Assembly (NCBI GenBank): GCA_903894565.1
Contig: CAITQP010000007.1
Span: 28,213 to 92,212, forward strand
Direction: 5' to 3'
Length of the DNA stretch: 64,000 bases
From: an uncultured bacterium
GTDB taxonomy: Bacteria > Patescibacteriota > Minisyncoccia > Phycocordibacterales > UBA9973
Shown: positions 36,335 through 46,748 of the stretch, piece by piece
Position numbering within the stretch: the first letter of the stretch is position 1
Layout of the letters: each line of letters opens with the position of its first letter
The notes under the pieces: generated by a model
The model's database searches: none
What the model was told of the DNA's origin: nothing
The model's input: the letters and a program-made list of their open reading frames with translations, nothing else
Made by a program: the position numbers and the translations under genes

Positions 36335-36451
36335 CAAGATTGGGCACACGCCCTCTCAAAAGGACCAGCGTAAAATCCCGAAGGATTTTCGCCTCCCTCT
36401 CGCGCCGTCGCGCTCCGAGAGTCCTTTTGAGAGGGCGTGTGCCCAATCTTG
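36335..36451. repeat. Long hairpin: 31-bp perfect inverted arms around conserved 55-nt core (copy B)
   Basis: Arms 36335-36365/36421-36451 unrelated to copy A arms; core 47/55 identical to copy A by manual alignment. Confidence 0.9.
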
Positions 36452-36494
36452 CGATTTGTACTTTCGTGATGAAATCTTGATATACTGGACATAT

Positions 36495-37238
36495 ATGCAT
36501 GAAACAATACTGTTTATTGCGACTTTTGTTGTAGGAGTAATCGCAAGTACTATTGGTACACTCGTTGGTGGTGGAAGTCTCATATCTATCCCCTTTCTTA
36601 TTTTTCTCGGACTACCACCCCAAATGGCGATAGCTACTGATCGATTCGGTGGACTCGGCCAACTAACGGCACTCTACAAATTCTGGAAATCTAAAAAAAT
36701 TATCTGGAAGTTTGTTTTCCTGTTCTCAGTTTTGAGTCTTGCTGGATCTCTCATCGGCTCTCATCTTCTCCTCCAAATAAATCCTTCAATTTTAAAAAGT
36801 GTCATCGGAGCACTCATGCTCATCCTCCTCCCAGTTATTTTTTTGAAACGAAATATCGGTGTACAGCCAAGTGAAGTACACGGAATTAAAAAAATCCTTG
36901 GTTGTATCATCTATTTCTGTGTACAAATTTACGCAGGATTTTTTGGCGCTGGCTCTGGGACACTTATCTTTTACACAATGATGAGCTTCTTTGGTCTCAC
37001 AATCACTGAAGCAAGCGCAACTCAAATCATCCCTGTCACAATCCTCGATATTGCCTCACTTATTGTTTTCGCCTCACACGGACTCATCAATTACAAAATT
37101 GGATTCTTGTTTCTTGCTGGAACAGCGACGGGTGGATATATCGGCTCTCACATTGCACTCAAAAAAGGCGACAAATGGATCAAGCAACTTTTTGCCTTTA
37201 TTGTTATCGCACTTGTCATAAAATTGCTCTTTTTCTAA
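36495..37238 (+). CDS. TauE/SafE (TSUP) family membrane transporter
   Basis: GGGSLISIPFL..LGLPP..AIAT, YAGFFGAGSG, GGYIGSH. Confidence 0.85.
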   Translation: MHETILFIATFVVGVIASTIGTLVGGGSLISIPFLIFLGLPPQMAIATDRFGGLGQLTALYKFWKSKKIIWKFVFLFSVLSLAGSLIGSHLLLQINPSILKSVIGALMLILLPVIFLKRNIGVQPSEVHGIKKILGCIIYFCVQIYAGFFGAGSGTLIFYTMMSFFGLTITEASATQIIPVTILDIASLIVFASHGLINYKIGFLFLAGTATGGYIGSHIALKKGDKWIKQLFAFIVIALVIKLLFF

Positions 37239-37239
37239 T

Positions 37240-38118
37240 TTAGAGTTTTTGTTCAGCTTCAATGAAAATGTCGAGGTTGCCTTCGTCGAGGACGCCTTTG
37301 GTGTCTGAGGTTTCGACTCCGGTGCGGAGGTCTTTGACGAGCTTGTAGGGATGCAGGACATAGTTGCGGATCTGATTCCCCCATTCGATTTCTGTGCCTT
37401 TGGTACTCTGCATACTTTCGACGAGACTTTTGTGTTCGTCTTCAGCTTTCTTGTAGAGTTTGCCACGCAAAATTTCCATTCCGCGTTCGCGATTTTGTTC
37501 CTGACTACGTTCTTCGCGCACGAGAATACTGATGCCCGTTGGCTTGTGCATGATTCGCACCGCAGTCTCGCGCTTGTTCACATTCTGTCCACCTGGACCA
37601 CCAGCACGTGCAAAATCAACTTCGACATCACCTTCATTCAGTTCGGGCATGGCTTGTTTTGGCACTTTTGGGATGACTTCGACGAGCGCAAAGCTCGTGC
37701 TTCGTTTGCCTTTTGAATTAAACGGACTTGTTCGCACGAGACGATGCACCCCACTCTCGTGTTTGAGCAGACCATGCGCTCCACGACCAGTCACTTCGAG
37801 CGAAATATTTTTGTAACCATTCTGATCATTTTTGCTTTCGTGGATCACCGCGTACGAAAGATTTTTGCGTGCAAAGAATTTCACGTACATATCAAAGAGC
37901 ATGCGCGCAAAATCTTCGGCATCATCTCCACCCGCCCCTGAAATGATTGTCATAATTGCATTGCCTTTATCAAAAGCAGCTGCACCTTCTTTCTTTTGTT
38001 TGAGCTCGCCGAGTTCACGAATCATTGTCTGAGCCTTGTCTTTGTCGGCCCAAAAATCCGCCCCGCTCATCGCGGTTTCGATTTCAACAATTCTATTGTC
38101 TACGTTGCCATTGTCCAT
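37240..38118 (-). CDS. prfB: Peptide chain release factor 2, shortened N-terminal domain
   Basis: [16 protein letters not shown] anticodon mimic, [28 protein letters not shown]. Confidence 0.92.
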   Translation of the reverse strand: MDNGNVDNRIVEIETAMSGADFWADKDKAQTMIRELGELKQKKEGAAAFDKGNAIMTIISGAGGDDAEDFARMLFDMYVKFFARKNLSYAVIHESKNDQNGYKNISLEVTGRGAHGLLKHESGVHRLVRTSPFNSKGKRSTSFALVEVIPKVPKQAMPELNEGDVEVDFARAGGPGGQNVNKRETAVRIMHKPTGISILVREERSQEQNRERGMEILRGKLYKKAEDEHKSLVESMQSTKGTEIEWGNQIRNYVLHPYKLVKDLRTGVETSDTKGVLDEGNLDIFIEAEQKL

Positions 38119-38148
38119 AATTTTGATTATAACAGAGCCACCAATTTA

Positions 38149-38754
38149 CTAAGCAAAAATACTGTAACATCGCCAAGCCAAAAAGAGAATGAGGCAAAAC
38201 GTGACCAACACAAACAAGCCGTCCTTGTAATGATGTTTGCCGTACCACGATGGTCTCACAATCTCAAGCACGAGATGGTTCGAGAGAAGAACATGAACGA
38301 TAATAAGTACTGACGTGAGGATGAACGAAACATATGAAAGCATCGGAGTAAAGAAATAGTACAAGCATAGAACCATCATCGCCCCAGTCATATAAACAAA
38401 ATGTACCCACCCCGCACGAGTGAGTCTGCCGTTACGTACATGCGACTCTGGTATCTCGATTTTTGTATACAAATAATGGAGCACGGCACTTGTACCGAAC
38501 CCCACAATAAACGCGACACCATATTGGTGAATATCCCAATACAGAGCGTAAGTCAAAAGTATGTATGCGATGAGTGGAGAAACCAAAATAAAATCTCCCC
38601 ACATACCCGCGTGTGCGAGAAACGGTAGCCCTTGTGTAATCCCGTGCCGCTTCATCTCTCCGACGGTCAAAAAATGATCGCGGTATGCATACCATGCACC
38701 AAGAACAACAAGTAATTCCGCAAAAATGAATGTGAATAAAAAAAGAGAATTCAT
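38149..38754 (-). CDS. Integral membrane hypothetical protein
   Basis: Multiple TM helices with several His residues. Confidence 0.6.
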   Translation of the reverse strand: MNSLFLFTFIFAELLVVLGAWYAYRDHFLTVGEMKRHGITQGLPFLAHAGMWGDFILVSPLIAYILLTYALYWDIHQYGVAFIVGFGTSAVLHYLYTKIEIPESHVRNGRLTRAGWVHFVYMTGAMMVLCLYYFFTPMLSYVSFILTSVLIIVHVLLSNHLVLEIVRPSWYGKHHYKDGLFVLVTFCLILFLAWRCYSIFA

Positions 38755-38755
38755 A

Positions 38756-39277
38756 TTATGTGGTCGGTACCCAAAAGCGAAGACTCACCAGACCCTCATC
38801 GTTTGTAACTTCGTTTTCAAATATTCCACCATTCTTTTCGATAATGCGACGTGAAGCTTCGTTCGTTTTAAGACACGTGAGAAGTGCTTTCTCTATTCCG
38901 AGCTCATGAACTTTTGGGAGCACGAGTCCGAGTGCGATACTTCCATAGCCTTTGTGTCGTTCGCTCGGACGAATTGAATATCCGACGTGTCCACCAATAT
39001 GCATGAGTGCCTCATTCAATCGGTGGCGAATCGAAATGCGCCCGATGAATTTTTCTCCGTCAATAATCCAGTACACCGTCTGTGGAACACGCCCTTCGAG
39101 TAAATTCTTTCCTTCACGCTCATCGCTCAAATACGCGAGAAACGCCTCAAAATCTCCGTTGAATCGTTTGTAGCTTTCACCTTCAAGCGGATTCATTTGT
39201 CCTGGATCTTGTTCAGCGAGCGCTTCTAAAAAACTCTCTTTATATTTTTCCGACGGCAATACAAGAATCGGATTCAT
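38756..39277 (-). CDS. GNAT acetyltransferase
   Basis: GRISIRH.LN..L...GGHVGYSIRPSER.KGYG, NEASRRIIEKNGG. Confidence 0.9.
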   Translation of the reverse strand: MNPILVLPSEKYKESFLEALAEQDPGQMNPLEGESYKRFNGDFEAFLAYLSDEREGKNLLEGRVPQTVYWIIDGEKFIGRISIRHRLNEALMHIGGHVGYSIRPSERHKGYGSIALGLVLPKVHELGIEKALLTCLKTNEASRRIIEKNGGIFENEVTNDEGLVSLRFWVPTT

Positions 39278-39278
39278 G

Positions 39279-39351
39279 AGCCACCTCTCGGGATTGAACC
39301 GAGGACCTTCTCGCTACGAGTGAGATGCTCTACCAACTGAGCTAAGGTGGC
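39279..39351 (-). tRNA. tRNA-Thr(CGU)
   Basis: GCCACCT/AGGTGGC acceptor, loop CT-CGT-AG, TTCAAT T-loop; A31.C39 mismatch. Confidence 0.88.
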
Positions 39352-39371
39352 GTATATATTTATACTTTACA

Positions 39372-39824
39372 CTAAACTTTTTTACTCGCAAGAATCCGCG
39401 CATCTTTAATTCTTTTACTTACGCTCCGGTTCGTTCTTCCGTTTCCTTTATTAGCACCTGCATATGTAGGAGTTAATGAGTCGCAATTCGGGCAAAGTAA
39501 CCGTAGATTGCTTTCAACATTGTTATGCCAGTTACCATCAATGTGGTCAGCAACAACGGGAACTTTCCCTGTCTTTTGATTTATCTGCGACCAGCCACAC
39601 AAACAACACTTATCTCCGTACTTTTCCCGCAAATATATTTTGATCGCAGTTGAAACGACACCGATACTTTGTAGTCCTTGAATCTTTCCCGACTTCCATT
39701 TTTCGATGTACACAGCGCGTTGATATGCACCCTGACATGCGTTGCTACAATATTTATACTTTGCACTTGCTGGCTCCTTACCACAGTACAAACATGGTGT
39801 CCTGAATTTTTTAGGATTCGGCAT
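39372..39824 (-). CDS. Free-standing HNH endonuclease
   Basis: CLYCG...KYCSNACQ; CCLCGW...DHIDGN..NN.ESNLRLLCPNCDS. Confidence 0.88.
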   Translation of the reverse strand: MPNPKKFRTPCLYCGKEPASAKYKYCSNACQGAYQRAVYIEKWKSGKIQGLQSIGVVSTAIKIYLREKYGDKCCLCGWSQINQKTGKVPVVADHIDGNWHNNVESNLRLLCPNCDSLTPTYAGANKGNGRTNRSVSKRIKDARILASKKV

Positions 39825-39904
39825 AACCTTATTGTAAGTGAACAATCGTTCACATGTCAAACATCTTCTTGTTGAAACAAGACTAAAACATTATTGTTTC
39901 AGTG

Positions 39905-40158
39905 AGCCGTTGTCCGGGATCGAACCGGAGACCTCATTCTTCGCTTACACCTCCTTTTTATATATAGAAGAGGGCTAGACTGTATATTTCTCCTCTTTCG
40001 AGGAAACCCTTGTCAGTCGTTCGGGCGAAACAATTTCGCCACGGTCTTGGCCAATCTGGCTATTAACCGTTATTCGGGATTCACCCAAAGATTACTCTCT
40101 GAGTGGGCAGGAACTGCGTTCCACCATGAATGTGCTCTACCAACTGAGCTACAACGGC
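39905..40158 (-). tRNA. tRNA-Thr(GGU) interrupted by a group I intron (exon1 40158-40123, exon2 39941-39905)
   Basis: Joined exons give GCCGTTG/CAACGGC acceptor, CATTC-ATGGTAA-GAATG anticodon arm and TTCGAT T-loop. Confidence 0.92.
39942..40122 (-). ncRNA. Group I self-splicing intron, 181 nt, position 36/37
   Basis: Exon ends in U, intron ends in G; P1 with U.G pair, P2 with GUAA loop, P3-P9 assignable, P7 GACUG/CAGUC. Confidence 0.88.
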
Positions 40159-40209
40159 TTCTGTAATTTTCAATCAGTCAAAAGTGACCAACTTCGCAAT
40201 ACTACTAGA

Positions 40210-40791
40210 TTACGAGGCTTTTTTCAATCTCCCACGAAGGACCAAGAAACACATGACTCCTCCACACACAGTCAAATATGCAGGAAAAAGTACTACTCCA
40301 TATGAAAATCGTGGAATCGTGGCGACAAGCGATGTGATGTAGCTCAAAAGAAAGAGCAACCACGTCGCAAGATTCTCAGTAGAAGCATCGAGATACGTTT
40401 TACGCATTGTCGGAAGAAACGCAACTGCATCGGCGCACAAGCTCAGTGTAAGAGAAAAGTTTGCCGAGTGAAACATCACATACGTCACGATCGCAAGCAG
40501 TGAAAACCCGAGACAAAAATAATCAAATAGTGAAAAATCACCTTTCCAATTTCGGAAAGAAACACACATTATAATAAACGGCAGAATCGTCCCTGCAAAC
40601 GCAAATGGAAGTGTTTCGCGCGCGCCAACCTGTACATACAAATACGCACTAATAATTCCAATAAGTGTCCAAAGCATCCAACTGAACGGGTGCGGTTTCG
40701 TCTCCCCTCTCACAATCGAAAAGATGTATGGAATATATGCGATTATAAAAATGAATGCGGAGAGAATACCGAAAAATTGGTACAACGTCAT
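40210..40791 (-). CDS. Membrane protein (PQ-loop-like hypothetical)
   Basis: IPYI..I.RGETKPHPFSW.LW, LPT.RK.Y....EN...W. Confidence 0.6.
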   Translation of the reverse strand: MTLYQFFGILSAFIFIIAYIPYIFSIVRGETKPHPFSWMLWTLIGIISAYLYVQVGARETLPFAFAGTILPFIIMCVSFRNWKGDFSLFDYFCLGFSLLAIVTYVMFHSANFSLTLSLCADAVAFLPTMRKTYLDASTENLATWLLFLLSYITSLVATIPRFSYGVVLFPAYLTVCGGVMCFLVLRGRLKKAS

Positions 40792-40802
40792 GCAAGAATG
40801 AT

Positions 40803-40840
40803 AACACAAAAGGCCACGCGTACGCGTGGCCTTTTGTGTT
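40803..40840. terminator. Perfect 38-bp palindrome, likely terminator after tRNA-Asp
   Basis: aacacaaaaggccacgcgt|acgcgtggccttttgtgtt. Confidence 0.7.
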
Positions 40841-40844
40841 TCTG

Positions 40845-40918
40845 CGCAGTCGACGGGGGTCGAACCCGCAACCTCTCCCGTGACAGGGGAGTGCTCTAAC
40901 CAGTTGAGCTACGACTGC
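40845..40918 (-). tRNA. tRNA-Asp(GUC)
   Basis: GCAGTCG/CGACTGC acceptor, CTCCC-CTGTCAC-GGGAG; no intron. Confidence 0.93.
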
Positions 40919-40947
40919 ATCTATTTTCTCGGACGTGAGTCCGATTG

Positions 40948-41021
40948 TGTCGGCGGGAGGGATCGAACCTCCGACCTTGGGCTTATGAGTCCCACGCTCT
41001 AACCAACTGAGCTACGCCGAC
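40948..41021 (-). tRNA. tRNA with CAU anticodon (elongator Met or Ile2)
   Basis: GTCGGCG/CGCCGAC acceptor, TGGGA-CTCATAA-GCCCA (A31.G39 mismatch). Confidence 0.88.
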
Positions 41022-41257
41022 ATCTCTATAAGTTCCAACTTCTTCGTTCGACTGAGTTTTTTAATCTCAGCTTCCCGTCGAAGCGCGTTTCCGCGCGTCC
41101 CGCACGATTCACTATATACGCACGCAGTAACAGGGTGGCTCTTCGTGTAGCGCGCGCCTCTACCCTCTTTGTGTGCAGTAAACCTTCTATCCAAGTCGTT
41201 GGTACTTCCTGTATAAAGGCTCCCGTCTTCACATTGTAGAATATAGACGAACCACAT
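41012..41257 (-). CDS. GIY-YIG nuclease (UPF0213/YhbQ-like)
   Basis: WFVYILQC.DGSLYTG.TNDL.RR...H..GRGARYT, A.RRE..IKKL.R..K; stop codon lies inside the tRNA-CAU 5' end. Confidence 0.85.
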   Translation of the reverse strand: MWFVYILQCEDGSLYTGSTNDLDRRFTAHKEGRGARYTKSHPVTACVYSESCGTRGNALRREAEIKKLSRTKKLELIEMSA

Positions 41258-41302
41258 AGTGCATGCAACCCTTGTCACTTGCACGCATCCGTAGGATGCT
41301 TG

Positions 41303-41373
41303 TTGCGGGGCCCGGAATCGAACCGGGGTCTCAAGGTTATGAGCCTTACGAGATACCACTTCTCCACCCCGCG
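41303..41373 (-). tRNA. Initiator tRNA-fMet(CAU)
   Basis: CGCGGGG start with C1.A72 mismatch, anticodon arm TAAGG-CTCATAA-CCTTG. Confidence 0.9.
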
Positions 41374-41458
41374 CGTAATCAATCTAGCCTTACGGCAAAA
41401 ATGAAAATGCGCCTTGTGACGCAGATGCATTGTACTAAAAAAGCGCGAAAAAGCAACC

Positions 41459-42067
41459 TTATGACAAAAAGCCTAGTTCGCGGAAGACCACTTCGTAGAG
41501 CTGGATCGTGCGACGAGCATCGCGTTGGCTCAGGGAAAATTCACTTCCTTCGTGGGCGATTCTGTTACGAACGAGGTGTGCTTCCCATGCTGCTTGAATA
41601 CTACCGAGATCACCTGGTGGTATATTCTTGAGACGTTCTCCAATCCCCGCTCCTGGTATATCCCGAGCCTCGAGAAGGCCTTCGAGAACACTATCAGCCT
41701 CCATAACTGCAATCCTCCACTCCGCACTTGATGGTGCGTTGAGTAATTCTTGAATATGTTCCCAACGTACGTTGCGTCCGGAATTCGCGCGATCATTGTG
41801 ACGATCCTGATATTCATGAATCGCGTGTTTCAAGTGTTCATCTTCCTCATATGCAATCTCCACCATGCGCACGAGACAATAGATGATCATTGTTATACCA
41901 AATAGCGAAAGAACGTAGGAGACAAAATAGACCGGTCCACCTGCGTGAATACCCTTGAACCAATTAACGATGACGAGTACTTTGCCGAACCAATAATCGA
42001 GGTTCAAAAAACTCGGGTCAAAGAGTGGCTTGGTGAGAAGTTGTGTACCGATTGCGTTCGGATCCAT
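41459..42067 (-). CDS. Conserved CPR-type hypothetical membrane protein
   Basis: TM helix then RW..I......WRIAVMEAD..L...G..IGERLK...AWEAH.VRNRIAH. Confidence 0.7.
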   Translation of the reverse strand: MDPNAIGTQLLTKPLFDPSFLNLDYWFGKVLVIVNWFKGIHAGGPVYFVSYVLSLFGITMIIYCLVRMVEIAYEEDEHLKHAIHEYQDRHNDRANSGRNVRWEHIQELLNAPSSAEWRIAVMEADSVLEGLLEARDIPGAGIGERLKNIPPGDLGSIQAAWEAHLVRNRIAHEGSEFSLSQRDARRTIQLYEVVFRELGFLS

Positions 42068-42087
42068 ACTATCTTTTTATTGTAGCA

Positions 42088-43515
42088 TTATTTCGATTGA
42101 TTCGTACGCTCAAATTCTTTTCCAACAGCAAAGAGGGTGTCGTCTTCCCATCGTGGAGCAGTAATTTGTACGGCAGTTGGAAGTCCGGTCGCAGTGAGTC
42201 CAATTGGAAGGGCGATTGAGGGAGCACCTGAGAGGTTTGCTGGAGCAGAAAATACGTCGGCAAGATACATGGCAACAGGATCAGTCAATTTCTCACCAAG
42301 CTTAAACGGAAGCATCGGTGCGACAGGAGTGACCACAAAATCATATTTCGTAAAAGTCTCATCGAGTTCTTTGGTTATTGCATCACGCAAACGGAGCGCT
42401 CGACGATAGTACTCACCATCATTTGAAAGCACATAGGAACCAAGAATAATACGTCGGCGAGATTCGCGACCAAATCCTTCACCACGAGTTTTCATATAAA
42501 ATTCGTTTAGATCTTTCGCTTCTTTTGCATGGTATCCATAGCGAATACCGTCGAGACGTTCAAGGTTTGTTGAAACTTCGGCTGGCATGACAATGTAATA
42601 CACGGCAAGCGAATACGGCATGAGCGGGAATGAAACTGTTTCGATTGTATAGCCCATTGCACGGAACGTATCGAGCGATTTCAAAAATGCCTCGTGCAAT
42701 TCTGTATCGATACCTTCCCCTTTCATACATTCTGCGGGAACGGCGATTTTCTTTGTGAGTGTTCGTGGCGCAGGTACACGCTTTTCCATTGGTACTGTCG
42801 TTCCATCAAGCTCAGGATCATAACTCACAAGTGCTTTGTGAATGATTTCAGCATCACGCACTGTGTGTGCAAGCGGACCAACTTGGTCGAGCGAATTACC
42901 CATGGCGATAATCCCGCTTCGAGATACTGCTCCGTAGGTTGGTTTAAATCCAACAAGTCCACAAAACGATGCGGGCTGACGAATCGAACCACACGTCTCG
43001 CTACCAAGTGATGCGAGTGCTCCGTACATCGCGACGGCAGCAGCTGGACCACCACTTGATCCACCTGGAACGCGTTCACGATCGAGTGGATTACGCGTCA
43101 CTCCATAAGCACTCGTCTGTGTTGAACTTCCCATAGCGAACTCATCCATGTTTGTACGTCCGAGAAAAACGACTCCTTGGTCGATGAGATTTTGGAGTGC
43201 CGTCGCCGTATACGAAGCAGTATATCCTTCAAGAATTTTTGATGCAGCACTCGCATGCTTGCCCTTGATGAGCATGTTGTCTTTCATCGCAAGCGGAATA
43301 CCAGTCAGCAATGTGGCCGTTCCATTTTTGAATTTGTCTTGCGCCTTGTCTGCTTGGTCCATGACATCGGCAAATATTTCGAGGTATGCATTGATATCAG
43401 GATTCTTTTCTTTGATCACGTCGAGATATGCTTGGCACAATTCACGAACAGTATACTCACCTTTGGTGAGCGCATCATGAGCTTTTTCGATTGTGAGATC
43501 TTTTATATCAATCAT
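42088..43515 (-). CDS. gatA: Glu-tRNA(Gln) amidotransferase subunit A
   Basis: KDN, TNMDEFAMGSS, PGGSSGG, GSIRQPASFCG, RLDGIRYG, GFGRE.RRRI. Confidence 0.95.
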   Translation of the reverse strand: MIDIKDLTIEKAHDALTKGEYTVRELCQAYLDVIKEKNPDINAYLEIFADVMDQADKAQDKFKNGTATLLTGIPLAMKDNMLIKGKHASAASKILEGYTASYTATALQNLIDQGVVFLGRTNMDEFAMGSSTQTSAYGVTRNPLDRERVPGGSSGGPAAAVAMYGALASLGSETCGSIRQPASFCGLVGFKPTYGAVSRSGIIAMGNSLDQVGPLAHTVRDAEIIHKALVSYDPELDGTTVPMEKRVPAPRTLTKKIAVPAECMKGEGIDTELHEAFLKSLDTFRAMGYTIETVSFPLMPYSLAVYYIVMPAEVSTNLERLDGIRYGYHAKEAKDLNEFYMKTRGEGFGRESRRRIILGSYVLSNDGEYYRRALRLRDAITKELDETFTKYDFVVTPVAPMLPFKLGEKLTDPVAMYLADVFSAPANLSGAPSIALPIGLTATGLPTAVQITAPRWEDDTLFAVGKEFERTNQSK

Positions 43516-43519
43516 ATGA

Positions 43520-43798
43520 TTAGAGAATTTTCTTTACCTTTACAAAACCATCCATTTGCGATGGCGCCTGAGCGAATACATCAGCTGCTACAGATCCTGT
43601 TGGATTCGATACGACATCATCTCGCACAGCGTTACGATTGAGAGGAACGACAACCTCCTCCGGTGGAAGAGGGGCCGAATTGACTTGATTGATATAGACG
43701 AGCGTTGCGTCGAGGTCCTTGGCAAGGCCTTCTGCCTCCTCGTCGCTCATCGAAATACGAGCTGTTGAGGCGAGTTTTTTGATATCGGAAAGTTGCAT
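43520..43798 (-). CDS. gatC: Amidotransferase subunit C
   Basis: IKKLASTARI, N..RDD, QAP..DGFVKVKKIL; upstream of gatA. Confidence 0.9.
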   Translation of the reverse strand: MQLSDIKKLASTARISMSDEEAEGLAKDLDATLVYINQVNSAPLPPEEVVVPLNRNAVRDDVVSNPTGSVAADVFAQAPSQMDGFVKVKKIL

Positions 43799-43815
43799 GT
43801 CTTATTTATACCACG

Positions 43816-45843
<2,028 letters not shown>

Positions 45844-46746
45844 TTAAGGACAAGCCACATTAGCATTTCCGGTGGCACTATATCCAGTACCTACTGCATT
45901 TCTCGCCCACGACCTCATATATATGGTTGAACATGAAGTGATTGGAAAATCTGGGTAACCAAATGTACTAAATGAATGTCCGACCAAGATACTAAATCCT
46001 GCGTCAATATTCCGATCATAGGTACCTGGAAAAGGCTGGGTAACCCCAAGAGTTGTTGGAATGATCGTGTACTCAAATCCTGCTTGGAGAAGTGGAGAAC
46101 CTCCGTCAGAAGTAACAACACCTCCAGTCGTCCCAACGGTCGGATCAATATCTGCGGTAACAACTGGCACCGTAGGTCCAGTACCACCCCCTCCGGTCGT
46201 GCTACTTGTTCCTGAATTTGGATACTGCAAGAACAAACGGCGAGTAACGACACGAAGTCCAGGTGTACCGCTGACACAGACAGTAGGATCAGTCCTGCTT
46301 GCTTCAACATTGTATCCAACGGAAGAGATCGAGGTGTAATCACTCGCTCCCGTACCAAGTGCATCATATGCCTTGTTCACATTCACGAGCGCACACGAAC
46401 GTGGACCAAGTGGAAGTACGAATTGAAATGTTGGGGATGTATCTACGAGGTAGGGTGAAATCGGAGGATTGCCACAGGTATAACTACCCATACCTGATCC
46501 ACTAAATACTCCACGTACTGGTGCGTCGAGATACAGTGCGCATTCGATTCCAGTGTCAGCTGCAAAAAATGCTCGATCTGATTCTTGGGCTTCAAACGAA
46601 AATGTTGTTTCTCGGTATGAAATATTCGTAATACCAATCGAAACCAACAGCAACACGCTCGTCAGTAAAATAACGAACAAGAGAGCTACTCCCCGCTCAG
46701 GTGTCTTACGGCTATTCAAGGTAGGTCGTGAGAAAAACTGTTTCAT
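45844..46746 (-). CDS. PilX-like minor pilin with FN3-like C-terminus
   Basis: ERGVALLFVILL, AFFAADTGIECAL, YMRSWARNAVGTGY. Confidence 0.75.
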   Translation of the reverse strand: MKQFFSRPTLNSRKTPERGVALLFVILLTSVLLLVSIGITNISYRETTFSFEAQESDRAFFAADTGIECALYLDAPVRGVFSGSGMGSYTCGNPPISPYLVDTSPTFQFVLPLGPRSCALVNVNKAYDALGTGASDYTSISSVGYNVEASRTDPTVCVSGTPGLRVVTRRLFLQYPNSGTSSTTGGGGTGPTVPVVTADIDPTVGTTGGVVTSDGGSPLLQAGFEYTIIPTTLGVTQPFPGTYDRNIDAGFSILVGHSFSTFGYPDFPITSCSTIYMRSWARNAVGTGYSATGNANVACP

Positions 46747-46748
46747 AT

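Noticed and set aside
41258-41359. Long N-terminus of the GIY-YIG ORF in the ORF track
   Set aside because: It overlaps tRNA-fMet; the family-like start is MWFVYIL at 41257.
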